Assembly (NCBI RefSeq): GCF_000281045.1
Contig: NW_008246162.1
Location: forward strand, 42,187 to 100,096
Direction of reading: 5' to 3'
DNA from: Saprolegnia diclina VS20
Lineage: Eukaryota
Length of the DNA stretch: 57,910 nucleotides
Made by a program: the position numbers and the translations under genes. Below are positions 33,500 to 45,358 of this stretch, piece by piece. Numbering within the stretch: position 1 is the stretch's first letter; each line of letters starts with the position of its first letter. The notes under the pieces are model-generated. The model saw nothing but the letters and a program-made list of their open reading frames with translations, had not been told where the DNA came from and ran no database searches.

Positions 33500-36400
33500 C
33501 GTTTTGGTGTGTGGTGATGTCCGTGGCCGGCGGGGGCGGCAGCGGATTCGACACTGGGGTTGACGTGCATGTCACAGTTGGGCAGATGCCGAAGGTAGCT
33601 TCGATATCGAAATGCATTTGTCACAGGTTTCAGCTTTGACGGGGAAAAGACATTGCACGGTCAAAGTATACTCAATTGCAGAAGGACGACCCCGTCGTCG
33701 AACAACATAGCAGAGTGCATATTTCGAAGGCAATTCATTCTCAAGAATATAAAGAGAAAGAGGTTCACGCGGTCCTGTAGCTGTGCACGGCTTACCTAAA
33801 CAGAGACCATCTGCCGCGGTGCTGCACTGGCGAAAGCGCCAACGCCAATGGTTCCTGCCGGAGTAATTCGGTACCAGCCGCAGGCCTTTACCGACAACTC
33901 TTGAAGTTCGTATGGCGCCAGGGACATGGCGTCGCGAGAGTGGGACAGCGCCACCGCCCGGGTTCGTACCATCGCGTGTCCGAAGAGAGTTGGAGCATGT
34001 TTTTGCGCGACTGCGACACCAGAATGATTCCAACTGCAATCGCATCACGCACCGAGGGCCACACATTTCTGCAGGTGCAGGCTGATACACGTCGGACAGA
34101 CGACGGCGTGCCCACAAGCCCTGGATACGATTACCACACTTGGTGACTGGACTCTTGGGTGGCACCGCTGAACCTTGGGTGCTGGTATGCTCTAGCGGCA
34201 TGTCGCGGCCGTACAAGGAGACCGAGGCGTGTGACGTTATCCTTCTTCAAGGCCTGCATCATCGATTGTACCTGCACAAGCATTGGTCCCTCTTCCTCAC
34301 GGCATTGTGCACGCCAGGTCCCTACTATCGCCGTGCGTTGGACGTGCAATGCAGAGGCGAGCAGCCAACATGACTACGGTGGGACTCCGCACCAGAAGTA
34401 GCCTACCACGTGTATGCACCGGCGCCCGTTGCGTGATGATGCCACCTCTACTGTGGCTGTACACGTTGAAGGCGACGTGGGCGTGGCACCGCAATGTATG
34501 GCTTGTCTATGAGATTGTACGCGGAATCTCAAAAGTGCAACCTCGTGGAAAAGACGTGGTTAGCATTATTCCTCCTCTACCGCCTCGTAGTGCCGCGGCT
34601 CGCAGAAAAACGAACACAACCTATCCAACACACAGCTCAGAACTATCCTTGGTTATACGCCTCGTTTGTTTTTGCCTTCAGCACTGCAGTACTACATATA
34701 TAGAGTTGTATAATAGTAAAGTACGGTACTGTAGGGCATCCATACAATGGTACCGTAGGTAGACAGGCAGTGACGTTTGGGAGCAACGATCAACGCGTCA
34801 CAGGCATTAGAGCAAACATCAGCAGCGATACGACGAAAGTGCCAGCCGCGCTTGGACGTCACGGTGTTTCTTGGCAATTCTACTGGTTCCACAGGCGTGC
34901 CTGGTAAGGACACACTTGTTGTGGTCTTGACTGCCTTGATTATAGACCTTCTCAGGCCTCGTATCAGATTCGACTGAACCAGAAGCGTTTTTCTCGGGCG
35001 GTGTTGAGTAACCGCACCAGAACCATGCATGCGGGGCGCCTCTACGTTACAGTATCACCACTGCACCACACTGCACAACCGAACTGCAACCACATTAGTC
35101 GTGCAGATATGACGAGCATGTAAGCAGAAGGCAGAACAAAAGGATATTCAATGTGCAACCCACCGGCCCCAACACCCACAAAGCGTCGTCGTCGCAAACT
35201 TTGTGTCCATTTGTACGATGGGCCGTCTCACCGCAACTTCAACTCATCTGGTCGAGTCCACAGCAGGTGGTCTGGACCTTCAACGCATTGAAGTCCAGGC
35301 CGACGAATGAATTGATGAGGACAGAGTACAGTCACAGGAAGAAGCGTTGTCGCTCCCTTTATTGAACGGGACAGATAGCATGCCCTCGGCCTTTTCTCTT
35401 AAATATCGACGCGGGAAGGTTTTGGGTAAGCGCACTTATTGTACTCTTATGGCAGACATCGTACAGTGTATAGACACACTGTACAAATATGATAGAATTG
35501 GGGATATTTAATAAATACAGTGTACAATACCATTTCGAGCTGTTGGGCAAATTGTTTTGCAAACTTTCGTCTTTGACCACCACGATGCCTGGTGTCCATA
35601 AGCTCGATACGTCGTGAGATCATCCATTTGACGAAGCGAGTCGTTCAACGTACGCGACGCGTACGTTGGGGTTTGACGCAGCAGGAAAGCTGGATCATTC
35701 GCAGCCAAGTATGTACTGTACGCCTCTCAGCTGCCCGATGCGACGTTCCCCTACTTTTGCTCCGCATTTTCATCCAAGCCATTTGAAGCACCAATGGGGT
35801 GCATCGTAGTCCCCACGTCACGTTGCGTGTTTGTGGTGCGTCGTCGATCGCTGACAAAAATCACGCTGGCCAACACGCGCTAAGCAGGAATAAAGCGCGC
35901 AAAGTTGAAACTATATCAGTCAACGAATCGGCCGTTTCCAAGAAGAGAAAGAGGCGACACAAACAACAGAAGAGTAGAAAGTCAGAAGAGAGGTTAGCAA
36001 AACAAGACATTCAGCATTTGGCCTCCCGTAGCGAAATAGCTTACCCATCTCGACCACCACTAGGCAGATAGGGCAATCTACTCGGCCGTCAACGAGGAAA
36101 CACCGTCTCCGCATTCCATCGTGAGCTGCCGAGGCGAGCCTTCGCCCTCCGGTCCCGACGTTGTGGTGTAGAGCTTGATGTCGCCCCAGCTCAGGGTACC
36201 CCCACTGGACAACACAGTGGCATGTCCAGCCAGAGTATTGCTGCAGTGTGCTTCTACACTTTGAGAGTCCAAAAAAACTTGACGATGTTGGATGGAGACG
36301 CGCTGGCGTGTGGGTATATACTTCGCAAGGAGATCCGAGAGCCCTTGGTTGCAGGGGCGTTTGGAGACCTATCGGTCGCTCCGTCAGGTGAGCGTGAGAG

Positions 36401-36597
36401 CAGGGCCATCAATATTAATGTCCTTCGTGAGACCAAACGCGTTGCCTTGCGCTCTAGTGTGCTAATGTGCGGCTGCATTCGAGCCAAGGGCAATGATGCC
36501 GGAGCCGAGCGGTTGCCTCGTATCCGTAATTTGCAGTTCCCCCGTTATCCGTACAGCCATGGGGAGCTGTCCATTTTGCGATCCCCGCCGAAGCAGT

Positions 36598-38838
36598 ATG
36601 ACGCCAGAGACCACAGCCTACGCGACAAAGGCCAGTGACTTGCTCACAGACATTGAGCGCACCCAGCGCATCTTGGCGGGTGGATCGCTCATCTCGACGG
36701 TGCCTGGCACAGTGCACGCCACGCTCGTCTGGAAGCAGCGCGACCTCATCAATGGCACGAACGTTGTGACGCAGGCACAGCACATCGTCCATGGCGACAC
36801 GGTCTTCCGCGGTCTTCCCACGAGCTACGACGCCAAGGCCGTGAGCATCTCGCCGTCGCAGAAGTTTCGCCTCATCGTGACGGACGCCGAAGACAAGACG
36901 TACCGCTTCAGCTTCTTTGACGCGCACCACTTGGTGGCTGTGCACCACACGACCAAGGACCTCCACGGCGCGCTCTACACTGGCCCCACGGACGGATCCA
37001 TCGTGTGGTCGGGCGACGAGTCGAGTGTGTTCTATCTCGCCGAGCGCAAGGAGAAGGAGGGCATGCCCTTCTGGGTGAACCCGAACAGCAAGCCGACGCC
37101 CGCAACGGACGCCGACCTCCGAGGCACGCAGTACGACCGCAAGCCGGACTGGGGCGAGCAGAACGTCGGGAAGCGCACATCGCGCATCTTTCGCCTGTCG
37201 TTGGTGTCCGGCAAGATTGACGAGGTGCCTGGCGTCCCCGACGACCTTACGATCGCAGAGCTCGAGATGCACGCAGGCGCCAACACACTCCTCTTCACGG
37301 GTATCGCCACGACACGCCGACTCGGGCTCATCTACTGCTACAATCGCGTGAAGCACGTGTACGCGTTGCCCCTTGGGACTGAGAATGCTGTCGCCGCGCA
37401 TCTCGTGCCCGACTCGGTCTGCGGCACGACGCGGTCGGCGCGCGTGTCGCCGGACGGCCGCTCCGTGGCGTATCTCGGTACACGCGACGTCCCGACGCAC
37501 AACACGACGAGCCTTCTCTACATCGTCGACTTTGCGTCGCGTGCAGAGCGCATCGTGGTCGATGTTGTTGACGAGCCGACGCCCGGCTACACGGCGGCGC
37601 CGTCGTCGGCGTTCAATGGTCTCTACATGAACTCGCTGCTGCCCCGATGTTGGTCGGTCGACGGCCAGCACATCCTCTGCAACACGGAGGTTGGCGCCCG
37701 TGGCGTCTGGAAGCACATCCGGGTCGAGTCGGGCGTCGTGTCCTCTCCGGCGTACCTTCTTGGCGATGCGACGGGCCACGAAACTCTTCTAGATGTCGCT
37801 GGGACCACGGCGCTCGTCGTGGTCTCAACACCGGTGGCGCCGTCGGCCGTGTACATTGTGCAACTGGACGCGACGACGCTCGATGTTGTCGGCCGCGTGC
37901 TCCTCGACGACCAAGCGCCGACGCGCCACATTGCGTCGTGGGCAGTGAAAGCTGTGCCGTCCGTGTCAATTCCAGGCACGAGCTTTTCGCCGCTGGCGGC
38001 TAGCGCGACGCCACTCCTGCCGCAAGTTGAAAGCTCAGCGCCTTACGAAGCCATCGTGGTCCTCCCGTCGACGCCGGCGCCTGTCGACGGCTTTCCCGTG
38101 GTCCTCGACCTCCATGGCGGCCCACACGGCTACGCACCAGCGACGTACCGGGCGCCGTACGACTATCTCTGTGCGCTCGGGTTCGCTGTTGTGACAGTCA
38201 ACTACCGCGGCTCGACGGGCTACGGCCGTCTTGCGCTCGAATCGCTCGTCGGGCGCGTCGGAACACAAGACGTCGGCGACTGCCACCGCGGGCTCCTTCA
38301 CGTCCTCGACACGTACAAGGACACGCTGAACGCAAACCAAGTCCATGTCTCGGGTGGCTCGCACGGCGGCTTTCTTGGTGCCCACCTCATTGGCCAGTAC
38401 CCGGGCTATTACCGCTCGGCTGTACTTCGCAACCCCGTGACGAATGTCGTGAGCCAAATCTTCACGAGCGACATTCCGGACTGGGGCCTTGCAGTCACGG
38501 GCATTGGCGCGTTCGAGTCGCTCGTCGCCACGGCGGCCGTGACACCGACGGTCGGCGACAACGGCAACCGCCTTGCGTGCCTCGCGCGCATGTGGGAAAT
38601 GTCACCCATGGCCAACGACCTCGCCAAGGTCTCGACCCCCGTGCTGTTTGGTCTTGGCGCCAAGGACCTGCGCGTACCGCCGACCGAAGGTCTCCAGCTC
38701 AACGACTCGCTGTCGCACCACGGTGTGGAAACGCGCGTGCTGTGGTACCCCGATGACTGCCACCCGCTTGATTCGGTCAAGACGTACGCCGACTTTGCCG
38801 TCAACTGGGCACTTTGGCTCCACGCCCACTCGGCGTAA
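36598..38838 (+). CDS. APEH: Acylamino-acid-releasing enzyme / acylpeptide hydrolase (peptidase S9); start approximate
   Basis: DWGEQ, LHGGPH, VNYRGSTGYG, nucleophile GGSHGG, LRNPV, DLRVP (Asp) and DCHPL (His). Confidence 0.93.
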   Translation: MTPETTAYATKASDLLTDIERTQRILAGGSLISTVPGTVHATLVWKQRDLINGTNVVTQAQHIVHGDTVFRGLPTSYDAKAVSISPSQKFRLIVTDAEDKTYRFSFFDAHHLVAVHHTTKDLHGALYTGPTDGSIVWSGDESSVFYLAERKEKEGMPFWVNPNSKPTPATDADLRGTQYDRKPDWGEQNVGKRTSRIFRLSLVSGKIDEVPGVPDDLTIAELEMHAGANTLLFTGIATTRRLGLIYCYNRVKHVYALPLGTENAVAAHLVPDSVCGTTRSARVSPDGRSVAYLGTRDVPTHNTTSLLYIVDFASRAERIVVDVVDEPTPGYTAAPSSAFNGLYMNSLLPRCWSVDGQHILCNTEVGARGVWKHIRVESGVVSSPAYLLGDATGHETLLDVAGTTALVVVSTPVAPSAVYIVQLDATTLDVVGRVLLDDQAPTRHIASWAVKAVPSVSIPGTSFSPLAASATPLLPQVESSAPYEAIVVLPSTPAPVDGFPVVLDLHGGPHGYAPATYRAPYDYLCALGFAVVTVNYRGSTGYGRLALESLVGRVGTQDVGDCHRGLLHVLDTYKDTLNANQVHVSGGSHGGFLGAHLIGQYPGYYRSAVLRNPVTNVVSQIFTSDIPDWGLAVTGIGAFESLVATAAVTPTVGDNGNRLACLARMWEMSPMANDLAKVSTPVLFGLGAKDLRVPPTEGLQLNDSLSHHGVETRVLWYPDDCHPLDSVKTYADFAVNWALWLHAHSA

Positions 38839-39161
38839 GCTCTCTTGTACACCGTAGTCGAGTGCATTTTACTGATTGCAGTCAAGTCATTCGTGATCAA
38901 GCGCACCGCCATGTTCCTTCTGACGTCATATTGAGCTGTGGACTTTCCACGCAGGGCTTAATTATGGCTCGTTGCACGGACGAGGTCAATCAAGTAGACA
39001 CCACACGTATGGGTATTGTTGTCTGGAGGAAGATGCAGCTCGAGGGGCATCCCGGTGTTGATATAACCTGGTGAAATGTGACCGAGAAGCGAGACACGAG
39101 GCGCAACCGACTCGTGTTAACTTACGAGGTCTCTAGGAAGAAATACAAACACGTTGCGTGC

Positions 39162-39873
39162 TTAGTAGCGCACGCCGAGGACGCTTTCGCCAAACTGGAC
39201 ACCGCCCATCAAGATCGCGCCAATGGCGCCAGCCATGAGCATCGGGCGCGTACCCGCTATGATGCGCACGATGAGATACCGACTAGTGACTGAGCAAAAA
39301 TCGTACCCGTGGACTTGTAGATCATGCCCGTGGCGCCAGCCGCAACGATCGGCAGCGCCTTGTCAAAGACACCATACTGGTCGAGCTCAAGCGTGTCAAC
39401 AACTTCCTGGCAGCCCGAGTACATGAGCGCTACAATTGCATGTAGTCAGTGTTGCTCGCTTGCTGCAAACTAGTCGTACCAAGGACGCCAAGCGCATTGC
39501 CGGCGCGCGAGCCGCGCTGGCCCGCAGCGTTGAAGAGCGAGTTCATGCGCACCTTGAACTTGCGGCTGGGACTGTTGCGGACACCTTCGAGGGCACCGTA
39601 GGCGCCGCCACCGATAATGCCACCAAAGTACGAGAGGCCAATGGTATGCGTGGCGCGCTCGTGGAAGCCACGGCCTTTGACATCGTACTCTAGGTAGTCA
39701 GCAGCGGACGTCGCGTTGTCGGCCACGCCAAAGACGGGCGAGATGACGCCAAGGTCGACGTTTGACGTGCTGCCAAAGTCCGGCAGCGAGAAGCCGGGCG
39801 AAGACGTCGGGAACGAGTTGGCGTCGAAAGACTCGTCGGCCTTGAACTCGGTGTCGGTCCAGCTGCTTGACAT
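39162..39873 (-). CDS. TIM23: Mitochondrial import translocase subunit Tim23; three exons
   Basis: Acidic N-terminal IMS domain, GLSYFGGIIGGGAYGALEG, KVRMNSLFNAAGQRGSRAGNALGVL|ALMYS, AAGATGMIYKST. Confidence 0.88.
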
Positions 39874-40522
39874 GGCAGGCAATTCACTCTGCTCTTCACC
39901 AGTAAATGAGCGCGTATCCCGCACTTAACCAGATGCTGCCGGTTCTGCGGCAACGATCCTCTAAAGTCCGCTTCGGACGGAATCTTCGGGAAGACTCTTC
40001 TAAACCGTACTTACGCGAACGGTTGAACACCAACCGGATTTAAGCCGTCCGGCTGGCTGGAGCATGGCGCATTCGTGACATAATTCGACAATCATCCTAA
40101 TTTTGTATTGCCACATAAGAAAAGCGTCACGAATACGTCGGTGCTGCGACAGTAGACACTGGCTCTCGGTCTGCTTCCATATTTCCGCGCGTGCTGATTG
40201 GTGTATCATGTCGTGAAGCGCCTGTGATTGGCTATAGCTATTGTATACGATTCTTTATGCTGGATGTCGTGTAACCTCCCCCTCGCGTCAAACGGGGCCA
40301 GAAATATGGCGCTAGGGAATAAAAATGCATTCGCCGTCCAGGGTAATAATATAATGGACAGCAATTGGGGGCGATTTTCAAATTGCTTGAAATTCCGAGA
40401 TTGGCACGCCGAAGCGCACGTGCCCCGATCCGTCGCCGCCCTCGCCCCTCGCCCTACAGGTAGCTGCATGGACGATGGAACATAACGGCTCATGATGCAT
40501 GCTCTTCCTTATTAGACCCAGC

Positions 40523-41555
40523 ATGGCATCGTCTTTTGTCCTGGTCGCCTCGCCGCCACCTCCGTCGCCGCCCATCGCCCTATGCGACTCGCTCGCCAAG
40601 CGAGCTCAGGCCATTCTTAGCAAGACGCCTGTGTCCAGTCCGCTGCCGATAGTGAAGGAAACCGAGCCAAAGAAGGAGCTTAAGCGCACGCGCAGCGTCG
40701 GTTTTGAAGGCGCAGATATCGTCGAGTTTGAGCCGACCATCTTTACCACGACCGTGACGTCTGGCGGCGTTCCGGTATGCATCTATCGCTAATGATTCCT
40801 ATTCCAATCGCTATCTCATAGGTGGGTCTTTCCAACAAAGAGCGTCGTCGCATCCGCCGGCGGCTCGACTCGTTTGAACTAGAACGCCAAAAAGTGTAGG
40901 CGCGCGCACTTCCATAGCCGACCCCACCTCATTCTCTCCATGACATAGCCGGGTCTGCCGGCAAAACTACATGGAAGAAGGGTACTTAGACCCGCAAGAA
41001 CGCGCCGTCATTCTCGGCAACGCGGGCTGTGAAGAGACCTCGTTCGAATCCGTCGAAGCCGAGGTCAACATGATCATTGCCCACCGAAGGGAGTCGAACG
41101 AGATGGACATCCAATGCATGTACGGGCTCGGCGAGTACGGCGACTCGGACTCGGAGGACGACACCGCTGGTCGGCAAACGGCTGACGAAGGCATCCAAAG
41201 CCCGACGCCACTCTACGGCGCTTGCCTCGGCTGCGACGACACGACGGAGTGGAAGCAGACTCTTGACATGATTGCAAAGGGCGGCGACATGGAGCCCGAA
41301 GGCGAAGACGGGCTCTCCAAGGCACGCCGTGCGGCTATTGGGTGCGACGATCTCAAGGACGACGACTCCCTCTTCTTCCTCTCGTCCGGCGAAAACTTCG
41401 CCGAGTTTGAGCTCAACGTTTCTTGCGACATGGATGACGACAACGGTGACGCATCGGCCGTCGTGGTGCCGACCGCCAAGTCGCCGCTGGCGTGCGCCGA
41501 GATTGAGATGGACTCGACTACGCCGGACGACGACGAGGCCAAGGAAGAAGCGTAG
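40523..41555 (+). CDS. Hypothetical protein with CSRNP-N-like region and RVxF-type motif; multi-exon
   Basis: KRTRSVGFEGADIVEF...VTSGGVP|VGLS...LDSFELER...LDPQERAVILGNAG...IIAHRRES, followed by an acidic tail. Confidence 0.65.
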
Positions 41556-41753
41556 ATGCGTAGCTGGTATATATATTGTAGTAGGAAGAAGTAGTAGAGA
41601 GGGTCATGCTGGTATTTATTCAGATCTCAATCGTAGCCATGGTCAAGATCGCGGGCCTTTCTACACGCACGATTGGTCAAAATGAATTTGAATTGCACCA
41701 ATCCAATTGGGTGGATCCTGAACAGTCAACTCGTTTGAAGAGCCACACAGACG

Positions 41754-42502
41754 ATGCTCCGTCGCGACAACTTGGGCGGGTCCGGGAAGCTCCTCGTGCG
41801 TCGGAAGCCGAGGCAAGAGCTTTCAGAAGACCAGAAAAAGGAACTCATGGAGGCGTTCGAGCTCTTTGACATCAACAAGAGTGGCACGGTCGACCACTAC
41901 GAGCTCAAGGTCGTCTTCTTCTGCATTGATCATCATTGATGTATCACGTGCGCAGGTCATGATGCGAGCGCTGGGCTTCGATGTCAAGAAGTCCGAGGTC
42001 ACGCAACTCGTAGACGAGGTCGACATACACCGCTCCGGACGCGTGCACCTCGACGACTTTCTTGAGATCAGTGCGTCGCGTCGCTGGCGTCACATTAACG
42101 GTCCCTTCGTAGTGCGCCGCAAGATCACATCGCGCGATCCCGACGAAGAAATTCTCAAGGTTGACTAAGTCTTGCTTGCACGACATCCCGTTGTACCCAC
42201 GCTAGGCCTTCGAGCTCTTTGACGATGACCAGTCGGGCCAAATCACACTCAAGGTATATACACTCATACCAGCGTACACAATGGCGATGGCCAAGGCTTC
42301 CATAGAACATGCGACGTATTGCAAAGGAGATGGGCGAAAGCTTGACGGACGACGAGCTTCAGGTATGATACACTTGATGTCGTACATCTAGCTCAAACCT
42401 GTGGTTCTGCAGGCCATGATCGACGAGTTCGACACCAACCAAGACGGTACAATCAATCGCGACGAATTCCTCCAGATCATGAAAGAGTCAAGTGTGTACT
42501 GA
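41754..42502 (+). CDS. CETN3: Centrin-3/Cdc31-like EF-hand protein; six exons
   Basis: [37 protein letters not shown]...[51 protein letters not shown]. Confidence 0.9.
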
Positions 42503-42593
42503 GCTGAATAAAAGAGATTTCATAAAGTCTTGACTTGTATTTGCATTATCCTGAGTTAGCCTCGAGAGAACGCGGACTACGTCATCAAACGCT

Positions 42594-43147
42594 TTAGTGG
42601 TCACGGCCCTAGAGAGATAAACGTGATTAGTGCCCGAGTTGAGGAGCAAAATGTGACAGAGCGTATCATCGGGCCCATCGCCGGCGACACCGGCGACCAC
42701 GAGGTTCGCGCACGCGGGAAGTCGTGGTCGTCGGGCGCAGTGGCGTGGAATGGGTTCGCCATACGTAGTCGTATGGTTCCGCATTCGTACCTGAATGGCG
42801 CGGACACCCGGGAGCTGGATCTCGAGGTGGGCGAGGAGGTCGCGCGTGTCGTTGTCGATCTCGATGGCGTCCGTGTTGATGGCCGAGACTTCCGGGACGA
42901 AGTCGAGGCGGCGCTCACGCTCCTCTTCCTGGAGCTTAAGCGAGATGCCGCGCACGGGGCCACGCTGGATGCGCTTCATCAAGTGCGTGATGTAACCCGC
43001 GATCTTGTTGCGCATGCGCTTGGACGGGATGATCGCGACTTCGTCGCAGACGCGCTTGTTCGAGTCGAAGTCGAGGGTAAGACGCGAGTAGTACTTCTCG
43101 ATGATCTGGACAGCGGAGCGCTTCACGGTCTTGGTACGGACACCCAT
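42594..43147 (-). CDS. RPS17: 40S ribosomal protein eS17; intron 42609-42790 before a 4-codon last exon
   Basis: [72 protein letters not shown]. Donor CAG|GTACG and acceptor ttatctctctAG|GGCCGTGACCACTAA. Confidence 0.96.
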
Positions 43148-43803
43148 TTTCAGTTAACAAGTCAAGAATTGAAATGCTCCAGCCTCCAAAACACGCACGA
43201 GCCAAGCCATCGCCGCCAACCAATCCTCGCCAAACACACCACTCTTCTTTTGCACCATTTTGGCCAATCCCCATGGAGAAATTCCATCATTTAAACCAAT
43301 CCCATCTTAGAAGTGACAGCAAATGGAACGCCAACATTTCAATCTATTTTGACCAATCAGGCGACGCTCTTCAACGACATTCAAGTACTCTGGAAGATTG
43401 CCCAGGTCTTTGGCATGGGACTTTGGTCGTACCGGTACACTGCGATATAGACGGCGATAATTGCTTGAGTGCAGCTTGGCTATAGGACAGTTGAATTGTA
43501 CAAGGCAGAACGAGCTGGGATATGCACTCAACGTGTACGCGCAGACCGCTCGCTGACAGCAGGGTGAGCTGTGTACTGTGCGTTGCACTCAGGCTGGGTG
43601 CCAAGAGAAGCACGCGCGCACGTATACTTGCAAAACGCAGTTGGAGGTCAAGTCAGACGCTTCAAAAGATGATTTCCACTATAATAGCTTAGTCGGCGGC
43701 AAGAGCACTTCAAATTCAATCGTCTTGTCTTGGACAAATGGACCACGACGCACACAACGATCGCTTAAACTCGAGTTGATTGCGGCAAGTCGCCGCTGTT
43801 TGC

Positions 43804-44327
43804 TCATTCTGCGTCCTCGACAGCCACGAGCTCGTACTCAATCGCCGACATGTTGTTTTCCGTGAGCACTTTGCCCGGCACCTTGGGCGTCGACTTAATG
43901 CCGTCGGGATGCGAAGCCAGCTTGCCCCACTTGGAGACACGGAGCCGTGCAAAGCCGCGGTGGACGCCAACGTCCGCATTGCGCACGACCACGTTGCGCC
44001 CGACAATGAAGAGGTCGATTTGCTCTACGACCTGCATGAGTTGGCTGGTCGACCAAGCAAAGGTCGGTGTACCATTCCACGCCGACACTATGATTGTGCC
44101 GGTTTCGTCACCGATGAGAACTTCTGCTATCCGCGACGTCGTGCCATCGGCCTGGACCTTCTCGGAGATGATCTCCGCCGAGAGCACGCGTGCAACGAGG
44201 TTGTGGCCGTGTGTGCCAGGGACCAAGTCCTTCACCTTGACATCTGTTGGCACACGTCACCATGAGCCCATCTTGCGCACGGAAGAAGCGTCTACCTACA
44301 GGTAGCAGTCCGCAGGGGCGTCGACAT
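43804..44327 (-). CDS. Small OB-fold nucleic-acid-binding protein (SSB-like; plant At4g28440 type); introns
   Basis: Spliced MSTPLRTATYVKVKDLVPGTHGHNL...IAEVLIGDETGTI..WN|EQID...RNA...RLRVSKWG...NNMSAIEYELV. Confidence 0.8.
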
Positions 44328-44512
44328 GGCAGCTTGTATTCCAGATTTGTGGGGCTCCTTCGAGTCCTTGACAGTATCCGGATTTCCCCGCTGGATATCC
44401 GGATATCAACCCCATCCCCGATCTTGCAGGTCTAAAACGAGCACGATGCGTTTCCCGCGTGTATAAGTTTAGACCTCATCAACGCCCCTTCTACGTACTG
44501 TAGTCGAGTGCG

Positions 44513-45208
44513 ATGACGCGGAGGCTCTCCGACTCGCATCCCGCGCGGCGTAAATCGACTACAGCTCTGGGCCTCAACATCCCGCCGTTCTTTGCCACGA
44601 ACCGCGTCGGCTCCTTGGAATTCTTGGCGCCAGGTCGCAGCGGGAACGAAATCGCTGTGCCGTCGACGACATCGACTGCAAGCTTGCCCCCCGTGGCATC
44701 GATGCCTCAGCTTCGACCGACCGCCTCGTTTACGGAGCAACTCGAAGCTGCCCACCGCGACTGGGACACATCCCGCCAACGCCGCCGCCAGCGACGAAAG
44801 TCCAAGATGACAGACGACAGCATGCTTCGACCCCCCGAGTGCAGCGTGAGTCTCGAGCCCGACGAATTGGGCAGCCTCGTCTCGGAGTCTTGTCACTCGC
44901 AACCGACACTTGCCGTACACGAAGCTGCAGTGATTGGAAAGGCGGGTAGCACGGGCAACGTCATGCTTTTCCATGCAAGCTCTCGGCGTTGTACCATTTG
45001 CGACACTGCGCCGACGTCCTCGGAGCTCATTACGAGTCCGTGTAAATGCTCGCTGGCGTGGCTGCACCCGCAGTGTCTGGAAGACTTCAAGCTCGCGAGC
45101 GGTCGCAATACGTGTCCGCGCTGCAACGCGACGTGGTTCCAAGGATTCGCACCCGTCAAGCTCCGGCGCAGCTACAGCCTCAAGTTCTTTACGCCATCCT
45201 CTTCGTAG
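44513..45208 (+). CDS. RING-variant (C4HC3, MARCH-like) domain protein
   Basis: CTIC...LITSPCKCSLAWLHPQCL...CPRC. Confidence 0.8.
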   Translation: MTRRLSDSHPARRKSTTALGLNIPPFFATNRVGSLEFLAPGRSGNEIAVPSTTSTASLPPVASMPQLRPTASFTEQLEAAHRDWDTSRQRRRQRRKSKMTDDSMLRPPECSVSLEPDELGSLVSESCHSQPTLAVHEAAVIGKAGSTGNVMLFHASSRRCTICDTAPTSSELITSPCKCSLAWLHPQCLEDFKLASGRNTCPRCNATWFQGFAPVKLRRSYSLKFFTPSSS

Positions 45209-45322
45209 TGAGCCAAGCAACTAGTCGTACGTAGTAGGAAAGAAAGCCGTCCCGCAACGCATAATTTATTGCCGCAGTTTTCCCGCCATTTTGCTCTGCC
45301 AATAGCGTTGCGGCGTAGTATG

Positions 45323-45332
45323 GACCAATCAG
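45323..45332 (+). promoter_or_regulatory. CCAAT box upstream of Eco1
   Basis: GACCAATCAG about 30 nt before the ATG. The same motif recurs near 43351 and 52073, upstream of other genes. Confidence 0.45.
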
Positions 45333-45358
45333 GGCGCACTTGACGGGAGAAAAGGGTC

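Noticed and set aside
36454..37779. 441-aa minus-strand ORF
   Set aside because: Antisense shadow of the acylpeptide hydrolase gene.
42488..42790. C-terminally extended 219-aa RPS17, or a canonical C/D snoRNA in this intron
   Set aside because: Strong donor and acceptor give a normal-length eS17. No proper C box (RUGAUGA) or D box (CUGA) was seen, so it is kept only as a structured intron.
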